This document shows, in pieces, positions 39,262-48,839 of a stretch of 62,909 nt of DNA (positions are counted from its first letter, which is position 1; every line of letters starts with the position of its first letter). Source of the stretch: Candidatus Nanohaloarchaea archaeon (GTDB taxonomy: Archaea > Nanohalarchaeota > Nanosalinia > Nanosalinales > Nanosalinaceae); NCBI GenBank assembly GCA_014297435.1, contig JACOQA010000005.1, forward strand, positions 1 through 62,909, written 5' to 3'. A model generated the notes under the pieces. The model was given only the letters and a program-made list of their open reading frames with translations. It did not search any database and had not been told where the DNA came from. The translations under genes and the position numbers were made by a program.

Positions 39262-40224
39262 TTGCCCGAGATAACTTTTCAGACCAATAGCTCCTGGACG
39301 GTTCCATCCGGAATTAACGAAGTGAGAATTGAGTGTTGGGGGGAGGAAGGAGGAGACGGAAGAGGTAACGGCGGTAATGGAGGCTATATAAGGTCTGTGC
39401 ATTCTGTAAACCCGGGAGAGACATTATATATCCGTTTTGAAGGTGGAAGAAGCCCTAGCACCTATTCGGGCGGTAACTCTAAAGACAAAACTGATTTCAC
39501 CGTTAACCCGCCCTCAAGCGGTGATGCTGCAGACGTAAGAAGAGGGGGAACCTCTCTCGACGACAGAATTGCCGTAGCTGGCGGAGGAGGTGCGGGGGGA
39601 GCAGCCTCTAGCGGTCCTGATGAGGTAAATATTTCGGGAGGGGATGGAGGAGCTTTGCAAGGTGAATCTAATGGAAGAGTCAGCGTAGGGGAGGTATATC
39701 CCGAGCAGTGGTGGTTTCAGGCAGGTCAAGGAGGCACTCAGACTTCGGGCGGTGCTGGAGGTATAGGCACAAACGGCAATTATAGAGATGATTCCTGGAC
39801 TGAAGGTTTTAATGAGCCTGATTGGACAGGAAATGATGGTTCTAAAGGTTCTGGAGGTCTTGGGGCAAGAAACAAGCACACTGATACACGTGATGAGTAT
39901 GGTGAAGGTGTTATTGGTGGAGCTGGTGGTGGAGGTTACTATGGCGGAGGTGGCGGTTCAGCAGCCTCAGCCAGAGATCAGGATGATTTTAAATATGTGG
40001 AACTTACCGGTGGTGGCGGAGGCTCTAATTATTCTTCAGGTGATATCCAGCAAAATTCGCGTGGTTCTAACTATGGATCGCCAAAGGTCAAGATAAAATA
40101 TGCTTCGGGAGTAAAGGTTTACACTGGGGGCGGATGGGAGTCTAAACCGATTAAGTACTGGAATGGGAGCTCTTGGAGTAGTGCGCAAGTTAAGTATTGG
40201 AACGGCAGTAGTTGGAAATCTTAG
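39262..40224 (+). CDS. Glycine-rich domain protein with C-terminal KYWNGSSW repeats, no signal peptide
   Basis: WTVPSG...IECWG...RIAVAGGGG...GGGGYYGGG...GGGGSNY; ends VKVYTGGGW..KYWNGSSW..KYWNGSSW. Confidence 0.82.
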   Translation: MPEITFQTNSSWTVPSGINEVRIECWGEEGGDGRGNGGNGGYIRSVHSVNPGETLYIRFEGGRSPSTYSGGNSKDKTDFTVNPPSSGDAADVRRGGTSLDDRIAVAGGGGAGGAASSGPDEVNISGGDGGALQGESNGRVSVGEVYPEQWWFQAGQGGTQTSGGAGGIGTNGNYRDDSWTEGFNEPDWTGNDGSKGSGGLGARNKHTDTRDEYGEGVIGGAGGGGYYGGGGGSAASARDQDDFKYVELTGGGGGSNYSSGDIQQNSRGSNYGSPKVKIKYASGVKVYTGGGWESKPIKYWNGSSWSSAQVKYWNGSSWKS

Positions 40225-40460
40225 TCTTTTTTCTTCTCTAACATGTTCGCCAACTCCTCACTGTTCTCTACCGGAAAATCGTCTTCATCGCATCTTTCGA
40301 GAAGTCGCATGACCCTCAAATCTTCTCCATCTTCGAGATCTAAAGTTGTTTCAAGTCCATCCGGTAGGTAGGGCACCAAATCCAGTGGTTTTTCGACAGG
40401 ATAATCTGCCATACCGAACATCTCAACAATACTTAATCTGAATTTGTTTCCCTCTTCCAT
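40221..40460 (-). CDS. MTH865-like family protein
   Basis: ADYPVEKPLDLVPYLPDG...DFPVENSEEL. Confidence 0.75.
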   Translation of the reverse strand: MEEGNKFRLSIVEMFGMADYPVEKPLDLVPYLPDGLETTLDLEDGEDLRVMRLLERCDEDDFPVENSEELANMLEKKKD

Positions 40461-40517
40461 CTTTAACACCTAGGTTAAAATAGTCTTAGTTCTACTATTT
40501 TAATAAGTGTAAGATTA

Positions 40518-41249
40518 ATGGGTAGAGATTTGATAAGGCTTCTTCTGCCTAAGGTCGAGTCGGGTTTAAAGTACGGTGAGAGGGTCAACGTCGTCTCCAT
40601 TAACAGGGAATACTCTGACTCGGCTTTGGTGGAAGTTTCGGAAGATGAACCTAATTTGGACTGGATCCTTCAAGCAAAGGATGTCTATGAGATGGATTAT
40701 AAGGGTTTCGTGAAGAATATCGGGACTGACGGACCACCTAATGATAGAGTCGTCTATGAACCTTCTGAAAGAGAGAAGAGGCACCGGACTAGCATGGAGA
40801 GACCAAAAGGCTACACCATAGATGGTACGGAAGAGATGGATCTAAAGGTCACTAGAGTTGAGAATAATGCTGTAACCGAAGATCAGCTTCCTTCATATTA
40901 TGGGATAATTAGCGATGATTATGATCTTTCTAAAGGAAGACGTTTGAAATTCATATGTCATGTAAAGAATGATAAGGTAGTTTTAGGTAAGACCAGATAT
41001 TTCTACTTTCCAAAAGAAAATTTAATGACTTGTGATTACATTTCAGTTTCTAAACCGTATACAAGAAACCGTGTCTTCCATGAAACTTATCAATTTGGGA
41101 GAAGAGACCACCCAGGATTTGAGGTGGACGAAGAACTCGTATGCAGCTTTTCTGATCCGTCCAAGATAATGAATCGGTTGAAGATGAATTACAGGAAAAT
41201 GAGAGATATTAAGCAAGAAAAAAACAGATGTTGGTACAAAAGAGTGTAG
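40518..41249 (+). CDS. Hypothetical cytoplasmic protein, possible GNAT-like domain (paralog of 33231-33962)
   Basis: Same length (243 aa) and collinear motifs (LDWILQAKDVYE, DGPP, ENLMTCD, HPG.EV.EELVCS, CW). Confidence 0.65.
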   Translation: MGRDLIRLLLPKVESGLKYGERVNVVSINREYSDSALVEVSEDEPNLDWILQAKDVYEMDYKGFVKNIGTDGPPNDRVVYEPSEREKRHRTSMERPKGYTIDGTEEMDLKVTRVENNAVTEDQLPSYYGIISDDYDLSKGRRLKFICHVKNDKVVLGKTRYFYFPKENLMTCDYISVSKPYTRNRVFHETYQFGRRDHPGFEVDEELVCSFSDPSKIMNRLKMNYRKMRDIKQEKNRCWYKRV

Positions 41250-41358
41250 CTGATCTTCAATCCTCAGAAAACCTTGGGAATTGCTCTTAAGAGTTGTTAT
41301 AGCCGATATTCGATTTCGTTCTTAAATTATTAAATTATCTCGCAATCAATGAATATTT

Positions 41359-43113
41359 ATGATGGATGAATTCGAAAATATACCGGAGATTCTAGAGGAG
41401 TATGAAGATGATGATCTTGAAGCTCAACGTTTCAAAAGCCCGACTGAGCTCGATATAGGGCAGAGGGATGGTGAATACTACTCTGTTGACAGAGAGGACT
41501 TCAGTCGAACTGTAAAGGAGTTTTCCAGAGCATTTGCAGAACTCGGTGTCAGAAAAGGCGATAGAGTCGCCCTCTTTTCAAGTTCTCGGATGGAATGGGC
41601 TATAACTGATTTTGCACTTCTCCGAGCAGGGGCTGTGGTTGTACCAATTTATACAGGATCTTCTATCCAATATATAGAGAAGGTTCTAGGAGAAGCCGAA
41701 ATCTCTGTAGCAGTCTGTGAAGACATCGAAAAAGCAAAGAAAATAGAGCAAGCAGATCAAGAAATTGAGGAAATTATTGTTTTTGAACCTAATGATGATT
41801 TCACGACCTTGAAAGAGTTGAAAACCAAAGGTACAGCTGAGATGCCTGAAATAAAAAGAAAGGATCCTGCTACTGTGGTTTATACTTCGGGCACCACTGG
41901 TCAACCTAAAGGTGTCGTCTTAACACATAATAATATTCTCTCAAATCTTGAGCAGTGGTCTGAGAGGTGGAACGGCGAGGAGATAGATGCGCCTCTAGAA
42001 GCTGGCAAAACCGCCTTTTCTGTTCTTCCAATGGCTCATATATACGAAAGGCTTCTAGGACATTACTATCCTTTCGCTGTAGGAGCCACTGTTTCTTATG
42101 TTACTCAACCTTCGAACTTCATTGAAGACTTGAACGTTTATGAGCCGGATGCGGGCGCCTGCGTACCCAGAATTTTTCAGAGAGTGCTGGAAGGGTTCAA
42201 GAAGAGCTTTTGTGATGACAAAGTAGATGAGAAGCTTTTCGAATGGGCTTACGAAGTAGCGGTTGCTTACAGCAAGGGCGATACTAACCAAAAAACTGAA
42301 AGACAGCATGAAAAAGCTGATGAGCTTGTCTACTCCAACTTCAGAGAGTTTTTAGGCGGTAACATGGATATATTTTGGAGTGGTGGATCGAAACTGGATG
42401 CTGAGCTAGCTCACTTTTTCAATGGTGCCGGCATTCCTCTATCTGAAGGCTATGGTCTTTCTGAAACATCTCCAGTTTTAACATCGAATCCTATGGCTGA
42501 CATTAGGCAGGAAACTTTCGGCAAGCCTCTGAAGGATGTTGAGATAAAAATTGATCAAAACAACTTAGGTGCTCAGTCTGAAAATCCGGTAGGGGAATTG
42601 CTGGTGAAAGGACCCAACGTATTTGAAAAGTATCTGAAAAAGCCGGAGGAGACTGAGAAAGCATTCACTGAGGATGGCTGGTTTAGAACAGGAGACGTGG
42701 TTGAAAGGATGGATGATGATTACCTGAAATTTATTGAGAGAAAGGATAATCTGATAATTCTTGATACCGGCAAGAATGTCGCACCTTCTCACATAGAATC
42801 GAGACTTAAATCGATTTCAGATAATATTGAACAGGTTCTAGTGGTTGGAAACGAGAGAAAGTTTATATCTGCCTTGGTTGTGCCAAAAGAGGCTGGAAAG
42901 ACCCAATCCGAGATTCAAAAACAGATAAGCTCGGATATAGAACATGTAAACCAAGAGTTGCAGAAACATGAGTCTATAAAGGATTTTGCGTTAGTGGATC
43001 ATAAATGGACTCAGGAAAACGGTCTCTTAACTTCATCAGGGAAGAAAAGAAGGGATAAAATACTTGAGAATAATGAGAAGAAATTTAAGGAAATTTACGG
43101 TCATGAAGACTGA
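41359..43113 (+). CDS. Long-chain fatty acid--CoA ligase (AMP-forming)
   Basis: YTSGTTGQPKG, EGYGLSETSP, GWFRTGD, GKNVAP. Confidence 0.93.
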   Translation: MMDEFENIPEILEEYEDDDLEAQRFKSPTELDIGQRDGEYYSVDREDFSRTVKEFSRAFAELGVRKGDRVALFSSSRMEWAITDFALLRAGAVVVPIYTGSSIQYIEKVLGEAEISVAVCEDIEKAKKIEQADQEIEEIIVFEPNDDFTTLKELKTKGTAEMPEIKRKDPATVVYTSGTTGQPKGVVLTHNNILSNLEQWSERWNGEEIDAPLEAGKTAFSVLPMAHIYERLLGHYYPFAVGATVSYVTQPSNFIEDLNVYEPDAGACVPRIFQRVLEGFKKSFCDDKVDEKLFEWAYEVAVAYSKGDTNQKTERQHEKADELVYSNFREFLGGNMDIFWSGGSKLDAELAHFFNGAGIPLSEGYGLSETSPVLTSNPMADIRQETFGKPLKDVEIKIDQNNLGAQSENPVGELLVKGPNVFEKYLKKPEETEKAFTEDGWFRTGDVVERMDDDYLKFIERKDNLIILDTGKNVAPSHIESRLKSISDNIEQVLVVGNERKFISALVVPKEAGKTQSEIQKQISSDIEHVNQELQKHESIKDFALVDHKWTQENGLLTSSGKKRRDKILENNEKKFKEIYGHED

Positions 43114-44014
43114 TTATTCGCTCAGGAAAGCTCTCTTAACTGTTTTAGTTCTGTTGGAGGTTGGCGTGATAGTTTTCATTGTTGCCGAAAACGAAGCTCC
43201 TCCGTCTCCGGATCTAAATGGTGAGATCGATCATCCAAGAAACTTTCTTACGGAGGAAAAACAAGGTCTAGTTCTAGGACTCAGAGATGGGTGGAGAGGT
43301 AAGGTAGACCAAGGTGTAGGAACAGAGATACCTACCTACAATGTAAGAATAAACAGTGAAGGGATAAGGGATGAGACAGGATCGCTCAACTCATCTAAAA
43401 GCCGCAGGATCATGTTTTTGGGCGATTCACTGACTTTTGGCTGGGGGGTGAACGAGAGCGACAGATTTACAGATGTTGCGGAAATTGAACTGGAAAAAAG
43501 CTTAGGTAAGAATGTTTCCGCTGCCAACATGGGAGTTCCAGCCTATGGTCTCAAGGAGACGCTCCAACTATTTAGACGGAAAGCTTCAAAATTTGATCCT
43601 CAGACAGTAGTTTTGAACACTCACCTTGAGGATGTGATTTCTTATAGAAAATACGACAGGGTCCAAGAAACAACTTCAAGAACTCCTTATGACATCAAGA
43701 AAAACTTTCTTCAGGACTTTGAATTCTCTGGATCCAAAGCTCAGAATATTCTTAACACTTTCCACAATATCTCCAGAGAGAGAGGTTTCAATCTAGTAAT
43801 GTTTCAGGTAAGACCTGAGGGCAGAGACATATTTCGGGATTGGGCTGTATCTAAGAATGTAACATATATTGAGATTCCAGAAACTCTTAGAGATGTTTCT
43901 CCGGGATTCTGGATCTCCAGAAACGATTCTCACTACAATGAAAAGGCACATGAGTTACTTGGAGAAAAACTCGGCAAAAAGCTATATACTTCAGAAGATA
44001 CTAGATTTAATTAA
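43103..44014 (+). CDS. Membrane-anchored SGNH/GDSL hydrolase
   Basis: N-terminal TM; INSEGIRD, FLGDSLTFGWGV, NMGVPAYG, DSHYNEKAH. Confidence 0.9.
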   Translation: MKTDYSLRKALLTVLVLLEVGVIVFIVAENEAPPSPDLNGEIDHPRNFLTEEKQGLVLGLRDGWRGKVDQGVGTEIPTYNVRINSEGIRDETGSLNSSKSRRIMFLGDSLTFGWGVNESDRFTDVAEIELEKSLGKNVSAANMGVPAYGLKETLQLFRRKASKFDPQTVVLNTHLEDVISYRKYDRVQETTSRTPYDIKKNFLQDFEFSGSKAQNILNTFHNISRERGFNLVMFQVRPEGRDIFRDWAVSKNVTYIEIPETLRDVSPGFWISRNDSHYNEKAHELLGEKLGKKLYTSEDTRFN

Positions 44015-44020
44015 GAACCG

Positions 44021-44182
44021 ATGAAGGAGCTTTTCAAAGCACTCAAAGAATTACTCGAATACGTATTCAGTTCAAAGAAGTACTGGTTAATACCAACAAT
44101 ACTGGCGCTAATCATACTTGGACTTCTAATATCGACGGGAGGTTCGACCGCCGTACCTGTGTTCGCCTATCCGGTGTTCTAA
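44021..44182 (+). CDS. DUF5989 / SxtK-like small membrane protein (53 aa)
   Basis: KKYWLIPTILALIILGLL...AVPVFAYPVF; not in ORF track. Confidence 0.82.
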   Translation: MKELFKALKELLEYVFSSKKYWLIPTILALIILGLLISTGGSTAVPVFAYPVF

Positions 44183-44335
44183 ATGATCAAGCAAAAAATC
44201 CGAAACCTTAATGCAGCAATATTTACGTTCCCTCTTTGGATTATATTGGGTTTTTCCTCTCTCTTCAGAGCAGAAAACTCGGATAAGGGATGGCAAAAAG
44301 ATGAAGAATCAACAAGACCGGGGAAAATGTACTAA
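44183..44335 (+). CDS. SxtJ-like small membrane protein (50 aa)
   Basis: MIKQKIRNLNAAIFTFPLWIILGFSSLFR...GW...KMY; abuts the upstream gene and its stop overlaps the carbamoyltransferase ATG. Confidence 0.6.
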   Translation: MIKQKIRNLNAAIFTFPLWIILGFSSLFRAENSDKGWQKDEESTRPGKMY

Positions 44336-45987
44336 TGAACGTTCTTGGTATCTCCTGCTACTACCATGATTCTTCAGCCTGTCTAGTGAAAGACGGGGAG
44401 GTCGTGGCTGCTGTTTCGGAAGAGAGATTTTCCAGGGAGAAACATGATAGAAGCTTTCCTCAGAATGCCGTTGATTATTGTTTAAGAAGTCAAGAAGTTG
44501 AGGCAAGTGACGTCGATAAAGTGGTGTTCTACGAGAAGCCGGTAAGGAAGTTATCACGCGTTTTGGAGACCTCTTCGGAAGTGTTCCCTAGAGGTTTCAA
44601 GAGCTTCAGGAAGGCAATGGTATCATGGACCAAAACTAAATTGAGGATTAAATCTAAGATACGTTCTAATTTTCCTGATGCGGACATAGAGTTTGTGCCT
44701 CATCACAGGTCTCATGCAGCTTCTGCTTTTCACCCTTCGCCTTTTGACGAAGCCGCTGTATTAACGGCTGATTCTACAGGCGAGTATGTCACCAATCAAA
44801 TGTTTGAGGCAGAGGCAGATAGTATAGAACCTATCAAATCTATCACTTTTCCTGATTCTCTCGGACTTTTATACAGCACTATAACATCATTTCTTGGATT
44901 CAGGGTCAATAATGGAGAGTCTAAGGTAATGGGGCTTGCAGCTTACGGTAATCCAAACTATCTGGGTGAAATGAATGAACTGATAGAAGTCGAGGAAGAC
45001 GGTTTTTATAGTCTGAACATGGATTATTTCGGTTTCCGGGTTTCTGAAACAATGTGGTCTGATAAGTTGAAATCTCTGCTAGGTGAGCCTAGATCTGAAA
45101 GACAGTCTATTGAATCAAGACATAGAGATATAGCTGCGTCTTTGCAGAGAAAAATCGAGGAGGTGCTTCTCAAACAGGCAGAACATCTACACGATATAAC
45201 CGGTAAATCAAATCTCTGTATGGCTGGGGGGATTGCGCTTAATTGTAGAGCGAACCAGAGAATTGCAGAGGAGACCTCGTTCGAAAATGTTTGGGTTCAG
45301 CCTGCAGCAGGTGATGCCGGAGGTGCTATGGGTGCAGCACTCGAGAGAACCAGAACCGATTACAGTATGGAAAGTGTTTATTTGGGTCCAAAATATTCGA
45401 GCGAAGAAGTAGAAAATGTTCTAAATTCTATCGGCGCGGAATATCGTAAGGTAGAGAAAAAAAAGCTTGTTGAGGAAGTTTCGGAGAGAATAAGTGATGG
45501 AGAGATTGTCGGTATATTCAGAGGACGAGCGGAATGGGGTCCTAGAGCGCTCGGCAACAGAAGTATAATTGCAGATCCCAGGAAGATCGAAAGCCGTGAG
45601 AGGATAAACCGTAAGATAAAGTACAGGGAAAACTTCAGACCTTTTGCGCCCACAGTTATCAGCGAGAAGGCTTCTGAATATTTCACTGAGCACGGTAACA
45701 CAGGTTACATGCTTTTTACTCAGGACGCTTCTCAGCCGGATAAAGTTCCTGCCGTAGTACACGAAAATGACACCTCGAGGATACAGGTATTAAGAAAAAA
45801 AGTTAATCCATTCTTTTACCAAGTAATCAAATCTTTTGAGGTTCACACGGGTGTTCCAATGGTTCTAAATACCTCTTTTAACAAAAGAGGGGAGCCAATA
45901 GTAAATACGCCATCTGAGGCTTATAGATGTTTTAAGAGCTCTGGTCTAGACTTCTTCGTGACAGAAAAATTTATTATTGAAGGTTGA
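44335..45987 (+). CDS. O-carbamoyltransferase (NodU/CmcH/SxtI family)
   Basis: YYHDSSA, EERFSREKHD, HHRSHAASAF, KVMGLAAYG, GPRALGNRSI, FRPFAP, LNTSFN. Confidence 0.95.
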   Translation: MNVLGISCYYHDSSACLVKDGEVVAAVSEERFSREKHDRSFPQNAVDYCLRSQEVEASDVDKVVFYEKPVRKLSRVLETSSEVFPRGFKSFRKAMVSWTKTKLRIKSKIRSNFPDADIEFVPHHRSHAASAFHPSPFDEAAVLTADSTGEYVTNQMFEAEADSIEPIKSITFPDSLGLLYSTITSFLGFRVNNGESKVMGLAAYGNPNYLGEMNELIEVEEDGFYSLNMDYFGFRVSETMWSDKLKSLLGEPRSERQSIESRHRDIAASLQRKIEEVLLKQAEHLHDITGKSNLCMAGGIALNCRANQRIAEETSFENVWVQPAAGDAGGAMGAALERTRTDYSMESVYLGPKYSSEEVENVLNSIGAEYRKVEKKKLVEEVSERISDGEIVGIFRGRAEWGPRALGNRSIIADPRKIESRERINRKIKYRENFRPFAPTVISEKASEYFTEHGNTGYMLFTQDASQPDKVPAVVHENDTSRIQVLRKKVNPFFYQVIKSFEVHTGVPMVLNTSFNKRGEPIVNTPSEAYRCFKSSGLDFFVTEKFIIEG

Positions 45988-46122
45988 GATATGTTCTATC
46001 CCTGTGAACTACGTATTTGGCTCTGTTCTGTCTCTTATCTTAGAGAGTTAAGCAAACGGTCTTATCAGAAAAGCTGAATCTAACCCCTGAATATTTATTC
46101 AGGGCGTTTTCAGAATGTTAAT

Positions 46123-46638
46123 ATGTTCAAGAAATTTACCTATATTTTAGTATTTGTGTTTTTGGCTGCGGTCGTTTCAGCTCCAGCTTCCGGACCGACT
46201 CATCCTCTATCTCAGATATCTCCTATAGATGTAGACCTAGATATGGAGGAACAAGATCTGTTCAATATCTCTGAACTAAAGATAAGTCATGGACCTGTGT
46301 TTGATCAAAATGCTATTAGGGGGAGCGGCAACGCCCCCACATTCGTCCGTTTCAAGAGCTCGGGAGAAATTGAGTTTCCGGGAGGAAGGCTTGATCTAAG
46401 AGGTAATGGGCTCGAAAACATTAGCAGCATTGGAAGTTGCGGAAACTCTGAGTTAATTATGGGGGATGGTTCATGTAACCCGGTTTCGAACTTTCTTACC
46501 TCAGATAACTGGGTTGATGAAAACGGCGATACAATGACAGGACCTCTCGACATGGGAGGCAACAGCATAGATAAAGCAGGATCGGTGGAGGTCCAGAACA
46601 GTCTTCAGGTACCGGTGGGCGAGGATGCATACCAATAA
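46123..46638 (+). CDS. HPLSQ-leader fibre-like secreted protein, copy 3
   Basis: Signal peptide; THPLSQISPIDVDLDMEEQDLFNISEL; WVDENGDTMTGPLDMGGN. Confidence 0.75.
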   Translation: MFKKFTYILVFVFLAAVVSAPASGPTHPLSQISPIDVDLDMEEQDLFNISELKISHGPVFDQNAIRGSGNAPTFVRFKSSGEIEFPGGRLDLRGNGLENISSIGSCGNSELIMGDGSCNPVSNFLTSDNWVDENGDTMTGPLDMGGNSIDKAGSVEVQNSLQVPVGEDAYQ

Positions 46639-47782
46639 ACAGAGATCCAGACTTCTGATTCTGGTGATAATGGCTATTTTAATGGCTTCAGCTGTCCAGT
46701 CAAGAACACAGCTCTACTCTTGTTCGAAGATTGCCGGCGACTCAACGTACCCGGACTATCCGGCTACAACATCCTGCACCTATGAGATTCCTTCCGATGG
46801 TTTTTATGAGGTGGATGCATATGTCTCAGGGGTTGGAAACCTCAATACGCCCTTTGGAACAAGTTTAGATGTGGATGGAGATAGGGGTGATGTTGGGAAC
46901 TATAAGCCGAAACAGATCTTTCTGGAATCGGGGGACGTTCTGGATCTATACATAACTGGTTTCACTCCGGGAGGAACATCAAGTGGGAATCTCGGGGTTT
47001 CCTCCGTTAGTGGCTCTAAATCTTCTACTAATGGTTTTTCTGGAGCGACTTTCAGTGATTCGAAGAGTACTGATGGAACTAACACGTTCTGCCCAAGCGT
47101 TGATTACGAGCCGCCCGCAGAAACACCTAGAAATATTGATATTAATTATACGGTTCCGGAGGATGGGGTCTATAGTATCAAGCTAACAGGTAATGTTGAT
47201 GGTAGTGAAGATCCTGCAGCAAATTATGAGGGCTATGTTGGGGGAGATGCCGTTATAAGCGGCAGTACGTCTTCATCTGATGTATACAAGGCAAAGACTA
47301 TCTATGAGAATAACGTGAGTCTTGAGAAGGGTCAATATGTCGCTATTGATGGACATGCCGAATCTTACTACGAGCAAGTCTACTCAAACGGAGACTACAG
47401 CTGTCAAAGCTCGAAGTACAGCTTTGTAGATATATCTGCTAATGTTCAGCAATTGAGTGTCCCACAACCTGTTAAAATGATTCAGAACGCTGAAGCACCT
47501 TCGGGAAGTCTTTGGGTTGAATCCTCGACTTTGAGATGGGCGAACGGAACTCACGAGTTCCATACCGATGGCACAACCAAAGTTGGTTCGGTTTCAGGGA
47601 CGAAAGGCTCGCTTTGGGTCGAGGGAACAGCCCTCCACTGGATAGATCAGAACGGAGATGAAAGAAAGTTCAAGGCCGAGCAAGTCTCAACAGGTTCGAC
47701 GGTTCCGAAGGGAACACTATGGATAGAAAGCGGAACAATACACTTTATAGACCAGAATGGCGATGAAAGAAGGCTAGCGTAA
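46625..47782 (+). CDS. Secreted beta-rich protein with three C-terminal G(S/T)LW(V/I)E repeats
   Basis: Signal peptide; GSLWVE..., GSLWVEGTALHWIDQNGDER, GTLWIESGTIHFIDQNGDER. Confidence 0.72.
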   Translation: MHTNKQRSRLLILVIMAILMASAVQSRTQLYSCSKIAGDSTYPDYPATTSCTYEIPSDGFYEVDAYVSGVGNLNTPFGTSLDVDGDRGDVGNYKPKQIFLESGDVLDLYITGFTPGGTSSGNLGVSSVSGSKSSTNGFSGATFSDSKSTDGTNTFCPSVDYEPPAETPRNIDINYTVPEDGVYSIKLTGNVDGSEDPAANYEGYVGGDAVISGSTSSSDVYKAKTIYENNVSLEKGQYVAIDGHAESYYEQVYSNGDYSCQSSKYSFVDISANVQQLSVPQPVKMIQNAEAPSGSLWVESSTLRWANGTHEFHTDGTTKVGSVSGTKGSLWVEGTALHWIDQNGDERKFKAEQVSTGSTVPKGTLWIESGTIHFIDQNGDERRLA

Positions 47783-47786
47783 AACT

Positions 47787-48254
47787 CTACTGGCTGACGT
47801 TTATCGAATCTGTTGAAACTCTTTTTTCGGGGCATTCCGAGCTCGAGGCAATTATGGTTTCGGGTATTTTCTCGGAACGAAGCTCTGTCACTAATTCGTC
47901 CCCTACCTCCAGTTCATTCAGTGTTTTCTGTCCGGTTACCTCCGACATGTTTAATGCGACCAAGGTCAGATCATCGTAGAGATTAATCGTTCCCGTGTTT
48001 ATGATTTCAACCTCGGCTAAGTTGCCTGTAATATCATAGCTAACTGATCTTATGTTAAAACCAGCGTTTCGGCAAGTTATCTGGTTGTTTGCCTGATCAG
48101 CGGCTTCTTTTGTCGCGTCTTGAGCGAGTTCGGGCGCCCAGGAAGAGTAAATTCCTGCAATCGAAACTGCGACAGCCAGTAAGAGAACGGATGATACTAG
48201 TGCCGATATTCCTACTGACTTATGTCGTCCAGTCTGTCGGTTGCTGATGTGCAT
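47787..48254 (-). CDS. Archaeal type IV pilin (class III signal peptide; start uncertain)
   Basis: G|ISALVSSVLLLAVAVSIAGIYSSW; NTG motif; Cys pair. Confidence 0.82.
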   Translation of the reverse strand: MHISNRQTGRHKSVGISALVSSVLLLAVAVSIAGIYSSWAPELAQDATKEAADQANNQITCRNAGFNIRSVSYDITGNLAEVEIINTGTINLYDDLTLVALNMSEVTGQKTLNELEVGDELVTELRSEKIPETIIASSSECPEKRVSTDSINVSQ

Positions 48255-48643
48255 GTTGTCGAAAATGTTTTGACGTATGAAGGTTTACTGCTTAAGCTGT
48301 CAAGCTTTGTGTCGTTTACTTCGCCGTTTGAAAGGCTAAGACCCTCTCCTTGTTGAATTATAACATTGTTCGAGTCGAAAGCCGCTATAACAATATTTTT
48401 AAGCGGCACTCCGCCCGTATTTCTTGCTGTAATTGTTAAATCGGTGCTTGAAGAATTGTAGTATGCTGAAACTGTATCTACAGATGCTTTGTCGCAGTTT
48501 AGGGTATTAAGTGTCTGGTTGCCTGTTTTCTCAGTGACGTTTTCAGCTAGGTCGGGAGCCCAAGATGAGAAGACCACAACAGTTGACATTGTCACTGCTA
48601 GTAAAAGTACCGAAGCGACTATAGGAGAGATACCTTTCCTCAT
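48212..48643 (-). CDS. Archaeal type IV pilin
   Basis: MRKG|ISPIVASVLLLAVT class III signal; RNTG; Cys pair. Confidence 0.9.
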   Translation of the reverse strand: MRKGISPIVASVLLLAVTMSTVVVFSSWAPDLAENVTEKTGNQTLNTLNCDKASVDTVSAYYNSSSTDLTITARNTGGVPLKNIVIAAFDSNNVIIQQGEGLSLSNGEVNDTKLDSLSSKPSYVKTFSTTCTSATDRLDDISQ

Positions 48644-48839
48644 AGTTTTAGAATCAGTTTTGCCTCTATTTAAAGCCTTCAGAAACTGGGGATAAGAATT
48701 TATGTTGCCACATAAGAAGTTCTGTTAAACGCCACTCTGAACTTACTAAAAAAGAGCGTTTACTTAGATTGGGAACAAATCTGGAGATAATTATTGTGTA
48801 TGAGAAATCTTTATTTTCCAGAACATAAATAGGTCTTAC

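Noticed and set aside
41359-45987. Saxitoxin biosynthesis
   Set aside because: No sxtA or sxtG core genes; only the widespread carbamoyltransferase module
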